Positions 1 through 5,892 of a stretch of 7,721 bases of DNA are shown here, piece after piece. The stretch's first letter is position 1, and every line of letters starts with the position of its first letter. The notes beneath the pieces were generated by a model. That model saw only the letters and a program-made list of their open reading frames with translations. It was not told where the DNA came from and ran no database searches. The position numbers and the translations under genes are program-made. The stretch is from a virus (taxonomy: Duplodnaviria; Heunggongvirae; Uroviricota; Caudoviricetes), in the IMG/VR virus record IMGVR_UViG_2711768000_000002. One strand, given 5' to 3'.

Positions 1-108
1 CTCCAATGACTAGTCTAAAAACTAGTATTAAGACTATCACTTATTTAAGTGATACTGGTTGTCTGGAGATTCAGGGGGCCAGTCTAGTAAGGCTGCGAGA
101 GGTGAATA

Positions 109-275
109 ATGTCGCCATCATTACGCAAGGCTGTTGCAGTTGCTATTGGTGGCGGGGCTGTTGCTATAGCATCTGTGTTAATCACTGGCCCAGGTGGTAA
201 CGATGGTCTGGAAGGTGTCAGCTACATACTATACAAAGATATCATTGGTGTATGGACTGTATGTCACGGACACAC
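109..275 (+). CDS. SAR-type phage endolysin (T4-lysozyme-like muramidase, P21 R21-like), 5' portion only; 3' end lost in the N-run
   Basis: ATG at 109 preceded by GAGAGG (97-102). Translation [55 protein letters not shown] has a Gly/Ala-rich weakly hydrophobic N-terminal segment (signal-anchor-release type) followed by the E35...D44...T50 spacing that I recall as the catalytic triad of phage P21 R21-like lysozymes. The ORF runs into N at 276. Confidence 0.85.
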
Positions 276-575
276 NNNNNNNNNNNNNNNNNNNNNNNNN
301 NNNNNNNNNNNNNNNNNNNNNNNNNNNNNNNNNNNNNNNNNNNNNNNNNNNNNNNNNNNNNNNNNNNNNNNNNNNNNNNNNNNNNNNNNNNNNNNNNNNN
401 NNNNNNNNNNNNNNNNNNNNNNNNNNNNNNNNNNNNNNNNNNNNNNNNNNNNNNNNNNNNNNNNNNNNNNNNNNNNNNNNNNNNNNNNNNNNNNNNNNNN
501 NNNNNNNNNNNNNNNNNNNNNNNNNNNNNNNNNNNNNNNNNNNNNNNNNNNNNNNNNNNNNNNNNNNNNNNNNNN
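276..575. other. Run of exactly 300 N (assembly gap or masked bases)
   Basis: Directly visible in the sequence; all ORF-track proteins containing X stretches are artefacts of this run. Confidence 0.99.
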
Positions 576-875
576 CAGCGTGATGCTGATGCACTCGATG
601 CTAAATACACGAAGGAGTTAGCTGATGCGAAAGCTGAAAATGATGCTCTTCGGCGCAAGCTTGATAATGGTGGTCGGGTGCTCGTCAAAGGAAAATGCCC
701 TGTGCCATCCTCAGCCGAAACCTCCAGCGCCTCCGGCATGGGCAATGATGCCACCGTCGAACTCTCTCCAGTTGCTGGACGAAACGTTCTCGGTATCCGG
801 GACGGAATCATCAGCGACCAGACAGCATTGAGAATGCTTCAGGAGTACATCAGGATCCAATGCCTTGGGGGGTAG
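576..875 (+). CDS. Rz: Rz-type i-spanin, C-terminal portion (5' end lies in the N-run)
   Basis: Frame-0 translation after the gap, QRDADALDAKYTKELADAKAENDALRRKL..., closely matches the lambda Rz motif (..RDVAALDAKYTKELADAKAENDALR..) as I recall it. Stop TAG at 873-875. An embedded +1 frame lipoprotein gene (Rz1) is the hallmark arrangement. Confidence 0.85.
   Translation, partial: QRDADALDAKYTKELADAKAENDALRRKLDNGGRVLVKGKCPVPSSAETSSASGMGNDATVELSPVAGRNVLGIRDGIISDQTALRMLQEYIRIQCLGG
625..831 (+). CDS. Rz1: Rz1-type o-spanin outer-membrane lipoprotein, embedded in the +1 frame of Rz
   Basis: MRKLKMMLFGASLIMVVGCSSKENALCHPQPKPPAPPAWAMMPP...: signal peptide with lipobox (VVGC), then a proline-rich segment (PKPPAPPAW) resembling lambda Rz1. 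AAGGAG at 611-616 lies 8 nt upstream of the ATG. The gene sits wholly inside Rz in another frame. Confidence 0.8.
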   Translation: MRKLKMMLFGASLIMVVGCSSKENALCHPQPKPPAPPAWAMMPPSNSLQLLDETFSVSGTESSATRQH

Positions 876-963
876 CGGTAATTTTACTCATTATCCTTCA
901 AATCAGATTCTGTTGTCAGAGGAATGGGGGAAGCTGGATTCGCAAGAGCTTTTTATGGGCAGT

Positions 964-1473
964 TTAGCTAAAAAAAGGCAACACGAAGCTAAAACTACCA
1001 ACATAAAGTGCTGACCAGCTAGCAGCTGAAATCAGACTCACTGTATACACTTTCACTGGATGAAGTTGCAACATTCCTGCCACCAAAGGAGCAATATAAC
1101 GCAGCACGGCGATAAAGCGCGAAGTGAAAAGTATTGACACAGAGTTATTTTGCAACTGAAGGCGAACCCGTTCTATTGTATTGGAACGGCTTGATATTAT
1201 ACATGCAAGTTGAGGGATATGCCCAATTATTATACCAAGATGGTAATTAACGATAGTACCGCACCATGCGCCACTCATGACCGTGATTCCAGCTTCCCAT
1301 GGTGAAAGAGTCGTCTTGCTGACTGTAATTACAGTGGCCATCATAATTGATGCTGGTGGCAATATCGCCGAAATGAGTAAAGTGGATTTTGTGAACGCTA
1401 TTATAAAAAGAAGCCCCCATAGGCGATATGGATGAAGTACAAAATAGTTCATCAAAGCATTTATCCACTCCAT
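964..1473 (-). CDS. DedA-family inner membrane protein (SNARE-associated/DedA-like), AT-rich moron on the opposite strand
   Basis: Translation contains GAWCGTIVNYHLGIIIG and FTSRFIAVLRYIAPLVAGM, resembling the conserved DedA motifs (E. coli DedA GDAVNYTIGRLFG and ARFVPIVRTFAPFVAGM as I recall), plus several hydrophobic helices. The ORF track starts at a TTG (1476); I prefer the adjacent ATG (1471-1473), which has AAGGAAAG upstream on the - strand. Sampled 60-bp blocks are ~37% GC here versus ~62% in the head genes. Confidence 0.7.
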   Translation of the reverse strand: MEWINALMNYFVLHPYRLWGLLFIIAFTKSTLLISAILPPASIMMATVITVSKTTLSPWEAGITVMSGAWCGTIVNYHLGIIIGHIPQLACIISSRSNTIERVRLQLQNNSVSILFTSRFIAVLRYIAPLVAGMLQLHPVKVYTVSLISAASWSALYVGSFSFVLPFFS

Positions 1474-1526
1474 CAATGTCTTTCCTTCTGTGAATTTTTC
1501 TTTGCTATTTAACCGTGATACGACTT

Positions 1527-1556
1527 AATTTAGGCTTAAACACCTTACATTTACAA
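1527..1556 (-). promoter_or_regulatory. Candidate sigma70-like promoter for the DedA-family gene (-35 TTGTAA, about 18-bp spacer, -10 TAAATT on the - strand)
   Basis: Hexamers read by eye from the reverse complement of 1527-1556, about 55-85 bp upstream of the ATG; no other support. Confidence 0.2.
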
Positions 1557-1670
1557 GGTACTCCTGTGGGGGGCCCTGCCACGGAGCGTCGCAGGAGTGA
1601 GTGATGAGGAAGAATTAAAGCAACCTATTGTGACAGGCAGCGATAACAGTAAATCACAGGAAGCATAATC

Positions 1671-2435
1671 ATGGCAAAACCGGACTGGGAGGCCATCGAA
1701 TCGGCATACCGGGCCGGAGTCCTTAGCCTCCGTGATATAGGCGAGAAATACGGCGTTACAGAAGGGGCTATCAGGAAGAGGGCCAAAAAGCTTGGTTGGG
1801 CACGCAGTGGCGGTACGCAGGTTTGCAAAAATGGTACGCAAAAAAGGAAAGTGCGTACCAGCAGAAAGCCTGCCATTACTGGCCTTACACAAAAAAGTAC
1901 GCAACTAAAAACAGAATCTACACCGGATACGAAACCGATACGCGGAATGCGTACCGATCCCCCGACTAACCCATTCCAACCCGGTAACCAGCAGGCATTA
2001 AAACACGGTGGTTATGCCCGTCGCCTTCTGCTCAAAGATGAGGTGATAGAGGACGCTAAAGCGTTGACGCTCGAGGACGAATTATTTCGCCTTCGTGCTA
2101 ACAACCTTGTCGCTGCAGAGAATATTGGTCGGTGGTTGGTGTCGCTGGAAGATGCTAATGGGGACCAGGAAAGGAAGATGCTGATTGAAAATATCAGCGC
2201 CGCCGAGAAAGCAATGATGCGCAATACAGTTCGTATTGAGTCCATCGTTGGCACGCTTGCGACGGTAGGAAAAATATTTGCTGATACAGCCTACCGCAAG
2301 GCCGCCACTGATAAGGTGTCTCTGGAGGCTGATCGTCTTCGCCGTGATGCAGGTATTGATGATGGCAATGGAGAGCGTGACCTCAATGACTTCTACTCTG
2401 ACATCCAAACCGACGCTGAATCCGGCTTTACGTAG
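1671..2435 (+). CDS. Phage terminase small subunit (TerS) with N-terminal HTH and an unusually long C-terminal region
   Basis: AGGAAG 6 nt upstream of ATG 1671. The N-terminus MAKPDWEAIESAYRAGVLSLRDIGEKYGVTEGAIRKRAKKLGW is an HTH-like DNA-binding segment, followed by NPFQPGNQQALKHGGY, a motif I associate with small terminase subunits. It sits immediately upstream of the large terminase. Stop TAG at 2433-2435. Confidence 0.75.
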   Translation: MAKPDWEAIESAYRAGVLSLRDIGEKYGVTEGAIRKRAKKLGWARSGGTQVCKNGTQKRKVRTSRKPAITGLTQKSTQLKTESTPDTKPIRGMRTDPPTNPFQPGNQQALKHGGYARRLLLKDEVIEDAKALTLEDELFRLRANNLVAAENIGRWLVSLEDANGDQERKMLIENISAAEKAMMRNTVRIESIVGTLATVGKIFADTAYRKAATDKVSLEADRLRRDAGIDDGNGERDLNDFYSDIQTDAESGFT

Positions 2436-3789
2436 TTTCTGGACTATGCGGGCACGTAACAAAGTGCTTTATGGTGGTCGGTCATCGTCAAAATCATGGG
2501 ATGCCGCTGGCATTGCCATATTTCTGTCGAATAAATACACCCTGCGTTTTTGTTGTGCCCGTCAGATCCAGAATAAAATCGAAGAGTCGGTGTATACCCT
2601 GCTCAAAATTCAGATAGACAGGTTTGGTCTGCGGCACCGTTTCCGTATTCTGAACAACAAAATCATTAACCGGGTTACTGGCTCGGAATTTGTTTTTTAT
2701 GGATTATGGCGCAACATCGAAGAAATTAAGTCACTGGAGGGGATCGATGTGTTGTGGCTGGAAGAAGCCCACGCACTGACGGAATACCAGTGGAAAATTC
2801 TGGAGCCAACGATCCGTAAAGAGGGTTCGGAATGCTGGTTCATATTCAACCCCGGACTTGTTACTGATTTCGTCTGGCGCAACTTCGTTGTTGATCCGCC
2901 CGAAGGCACTCTCATCCGCAAAATTAACTATGACGAAAATCCGTTTCTGTCTGACACCATGCTTAAGGTTATCGACGCGGCGCGACGCCGTGATCCGGAT
3001 GGTTTTAAACATGTGTATGAGGGCGTTCCGGAGTCTGATGATGATGCGGCAATCATCAAACTGTCTTGGATAGAAGCCGCAGTGGATGCGCACAAAACGT
3101 TAAATTTCGAACCCAGTGGAAGAAAGCGTATTGGCTTTGACGTGGCTGACAGTGGTACAGATAAGTGCGCTAACGTTTACCGTCACGGATCCGTTGTTTT
3201 CTGGGCCGACGAATGGAAGGCCAAAGAAGATGAATTACTGAAGAGCTGCCAGCGTACTTATCAGGCGGCGCTGGAGCGTGAAGCAGATATTGTTTACGAC
3301 TCTATCGGTGTTGGTGCGTCTGCCGGTGCTAAATTCTCTGAAATTAACGCTGACCGGAAGAGCGAGAACGCATACGCGCGACGTGTGAATTACCAGAGGT
3401 TTAACGCCGGTGCTGGTGTGCATGAGCCAGATGACGAGTACAACGGCATCCCCAACAAAGACTTTTTCGCAAATCTTAAGGCTCAGGCATGGTGGCTGGT
3501 GGCTGACCGTTTCAGAAATACGTTTAACGCCATTAACAACGGAGAACAGTATCCTGTGGATGAGCTGATCAGCATAGATTCTCGTTGTCCGTTGCTTGAA
3601 AAGCTGAAACTGGAACTGACAACACCTCATCGTGATTTCGACCGTAACGGACGTGTGATGGTCGAAAGTAAAAAAGACCTCGCAAAACGCGAGATACCGT
3701 CACCAAACGTTGCTGATGCATTCATTATGGCCTTCGCGCCAATCGATACATCGCTGGATATCTGGGAACAGCTGGGGAGACAGGCCTGA
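2386..3789 (+). CDS. Phage terminase large subunit (TerL; ATPase plus nuclease)
   Basis: Walker A-like LYGGRSSSKSWD near the N-terminus, Walker B-like VLWLEEAH, and an acidic C-terminal nuclease-type region. The ORF is open from 2278; start chosen at ATG 2386 (GGAGAG at 2370-2375) so the TLNPALRSFW segment is retained. ATG 2359/2362/2368 and 2446 are alternatives. Stop TGA at 3787-3789 overlaps the portal ATG (tgATG). Confidence 0.85.
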   Translation: MTSTLTSKPTLNPALRSFWTMRARNKVLYGGRSSSKSWDAAGIAIFLSNKYTLRFCCARQIQNKIEESVYTLLKIQIDRFGLRHRFRILNNKIINRVTGSEFVFYGLWRNIEEIKSLEGIDVLWLEEAHALTEYQWKILEPTIRKEGSECWFIFNPGLVTDFVWRNFVVDPPEGTLIRKINYDENPFLSDTMLKVIDAARRRDPDGFKHVYEGVPESDDDAAIIKLSWIEAAVDAHKTLNFEPSGRKRIGFDVADSGTDKCANVYRHGSVVFWADEWKAKEDELLKSCQRTYQAALEREADIVYDSIGVGASAGAKFSEINADRKSENAYARRVNYQRFNAGAGVHEPDDEYNGIPNKDFFANLKAQAWWLVADRFRNTFNAINNGEQYPVDELISIDSRCPLLEKLKLELTTPHRDFDRNGRVMVESKKDLAKREIPSPNVADAFIMAFAPIDTSLDIWEQLGRQA

Positions 3790-5255
3790 TGGCACGAAAC
3801 AAACAAGCCCTGCGGCGAACTGTGCAGGCCACAGCTGATGGTTATGAGAATTTTATTGCCCGCGTAGGGATGCAGACACCTAACCAGCACTCAGCATCCA
3901 CCTACCGGGCTAATTTCACCAGTCGTAACCGCATGCTGGTGGAATGGTCCTATCGTTCATCCTAGATCATCGGCGAAGCAGTCGATGCTATCCCGGATGA
4001 TATGACCCGCAAAGGCATTCGCATCACTTCGGAAATTGATGCAAAAGATCGTGGCATTCTCGAATCACAACTGGATGAGTTGCAAATCTGGGATGCGCTG
4101 AATGACGTGCTGAAATGGTCGCGCCTCTACGGCGGCGCGGTGGGTTTCATCATGATTGAGGGGTAGGCACCAATGACCCCGCTGCGACCCGAAACCATCG
4201 GTAAGGGCAAGTTTAAGGGGATTCTCCCGCTCGACCGCTGGATGGTCGACCCGGCACTGACCCGCCGCATTAAAGATATGGGGCCGGACCTGGGTAAACC
4301 TGAGTTTTACGATGTGGTGACCACAGCAACGGGAATTCCTGCCTGGCGCATTCATCACAGTCGCCTGATTCGCTTTGATGGCGTCACGTTGCCATTTCAG
4401 CAGAAGATGACCGAGAACGAATGGGGAATGTCGGTTGTAGAGCGTATCTGGGATCGTCTTACCGCGTTCGACAGCGCTACTGTCGGCGCGGCGCAGCTGG
4501 TCTACAAGGCGCATTTGCGTACCTACAGCGTGGAGAAGCTACGCGAGCTTATCGCACTTGGTGGTCCTGCGTATGAAGCGTTGCTGAAGAATATCGACCT
4601 GATTCGACAGTTCCAGAGTAATGAAGGCATGACGCTCATGGACTCGCGGGATAAGTTTGAAACCCATCAGTACAGCTTCAGTGGTCTGGATGACATCCTT
4701 TCGCAGTTTGTAGAACAGATTAGTGGCGCTGTTGGTATCCCACTGGTGCGGTTGTTCGGACAGTCCCCGAAAGGATTTTCTACCGGTGATGCAGACCTTG
4801 CCAACTATTACGATCGCATCAGTTCGTTGCAGGAGAGGCGTTTACGTCTTCCGGTGCGGCGGATACTGGACATCATGCATCGTTCGGAACTTGGCAAGCC
4901 GCTGCCGGACGATTTCACGTTTGAGTTTAACCCGCTCTGGCAAATGTCTGATGTCGATCGCTCAACGGTGGCGTTAAACACCACCAACGCAATCAGTACG
5001 GCGCTGGGTGATGGTCTGATGACACTGAAAGCCGCTATGACTGATTTGCGAGAAAATTCTGACGTAACCGGCATCGGGGCATCCATTACCGACGAGGACA
5101 TCGAGAATGCCGAAGATGAAGCGCCGCCCGGCATCGGCGAACCTGATGACGAACCGCAGGAGCCGTCAGGCGGAAATCCGGTATCGAACCAGCCTACGCA
5201 GGATAGCGAGGGCGGTCGGAGACATCGTAAATGGTCGCTACGATGGTTCAAATGA
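3789..5255 (+). pseudogene. Phage portal protein gene interrupted by two in-frame TAG (amber) codons at 3963-3965 and 4164-4166; otherwise a continuous 489-codon frame
   Basis: ATG 3789 with GGGGAGA 8 nt upstream. Frame 0 translates MARNKQALRRTVQATADGYENFIARVGMQTPNQHSASTYRANFTSRNRMLVEWSYRSS*IIGEAVDAIPDDMTRKGIRITSEIDAKDRGILESQLDELQIWDALNDVLKWSRLYGGAVGFIMIEG*APMTPLRPETIGKGK... and continues as the 360-aa ORF 4173-5255. All three segments are in one frame and look coding. Its position between TerL and a MuF-like gene is the canonical portal position. Confidence 0.75.
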
Positions 5256-5889
5256 CAGTATCACGGAAATTATTGCGGCGCTGGAGCGTTACAGTGAAAT
5301 CATCACCCCCTGGGCGACAAAGGTCGCGGAAAACTTTACTGCGGACCTAACCCGGCAGAACGAGAAAGTTTGGCGGCAACACAGCAAGAACATCAGTCGC
5401 GAGCTCCGCAATCTTGTGGAAAGCGCTCCTGTGGGCCAGGTGATGCAATCCATCATCGCCGAACAGGTCAAGTACATCAAATCTCTGCCTCTCGAGGCCG
5501 CAGACAGGGTGTACGACATCCAGAACAAAGCGATAGAGGCTGTTGTCACCGGTGGTCGGGCGGAGCAGTTTGCTAAAGAGATTGCATCTACCGGCGATGT
5601 TGCTAAGTCTAGGGCCGATCTGATTGCCCGAACGGAACTGGGAAGAGCAACGGGCGCGCTGGATATGGCCCGAGCGATAGCTATTGGCTCGGATGGTTAT
5701 ATTTGGCGTACAGCCGATGATGGCGATGTCCGAGATTCCCACGATCACATGAAAGGTAAATTCGTCCGCTGGGATTCACCTCCAACTTTGGACGGCATGA
5801 CCGGCCACGCGGGCGAGCTGCCAAACTGCCGCTGCTATAAAGAGATCGTGTTTGTTCGCGTTCCATTCGCAATGAAAAGGGCAGCATAA
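5107..5889 (+). CDS. Phage head morphogenesis protein, Mu gpF / SPP1 gp7 family (minor head protein)
   Basis: C-terminal region ...WRTADDGDVRDSHDHMKGKFVRWDSPPTLDGMTGHAGELPNCRCY matches the conserved Mu F-like domain signature (His pair and CRC) as I know it, and the gene follows the portal as in SPP1-like head modules. GAGGA lies 8 nt upstream of ATG 5107; ATG 5116 and 5146 are alternative starts. The 5' end overlaps the portal 3' end in another frame. Confidence 0.8.
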   Translation: MPKMKRRPASANLMTNRRSRQAEIRYRTSLRRIARAVGDIVNGRYDGSNDSITEIIAALERYSEIITPWATKVAENFTADLTRQNEKVWRQHSKNISRELRNLVESAPVGQVMQSIIAEQVKYIKSLPLEAADRVYDIQNKAIEAVVTGGRAEQFAKEIASTGDVAKSRADLIARTELGRATGALDMARAIAIGSDGYIWRTADDGDVRDSHDHMKGKFVRWDSPPTLDGMTGHAGELPNCRCYKEIVFVRVPFAMKRAA

Positions 5890-5892
5890 CCC

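Noticed and set aside
6-200. 64-aa ORF (+) spanning the endolysin start
   Set aside because: It overlaps the well-supported endolysin gene out of frame, has no SD and no recognisable features, and lies in the dyad-rich leader; most likely a spurious ORF.
109-875. ORF-track proteins containing long X stretches (109-621, 194-583, 252-875 on +; 229-594 and 242-811 on -)
   Set aside because: These are artefacts of translating through the 300-N run. Only the flanking real sequence was interpreted (endolysin 5' part, Rz 3' part).
931-956. Possible intrinsic terminator between the convergent Rz and DedA genes (AAGCT, 11-nt loop, AGCTT, then TTTTAT)
   Set aside because: The stem is only 5-6 bp with a large loop and is AT-rich; too weak to call without folding energetics.
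1247-1468. 73-aa ORF (-) inside the DedA-family gene
   Set aside because: Alternative frame fully nested in the DedA gene with no independent support.
1474-1476. TTG start codon used by the ORF track for the DedA-family gene
   Set aside because: The adjacent ATG (1471-1473) with an upstream AAGGA is a more conventional start; coordinates adjusted to 964-1473.
1561-1670. G-rich tract (TGTGGGGGGCCCTGCC) upstream of TerS as a possible cos/pac site
   Set aside because: No recognisable cos symmetry or repeated terminase-binding motifs by eye; packaging sites of this terminase type are often inside terS and cannot be located from sequence alone.
1551-2462. Antisense ORFs (1551-1904 -, 1625-1876 -, 2012-2254 -, 2082-2462 -) opposite TerS
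   Set aside because: They lie entirely antisense to a gene with strong motif support; their composition (Arg/Ser/Leu-rich) is typical of antisense frames of GC-rich genes.
2697-3890. Antisense and alternate-frame ORFs within TerL (2697-2921 -, 2731-3093 -, 2858-3073 +, 3235-3630 -, 3627-3890 -)
   Set aside because: Nested in or antisense to the terminase large subunit gene; no motifs or start signals.
4065-5255. ORFs antisense to or nested in the portal (4065-4514 -, 4723-4977 +, 4808-5251 -)
   Set aside because: They overlap the portal reading frame, which has clear coding character; treated as spurious.
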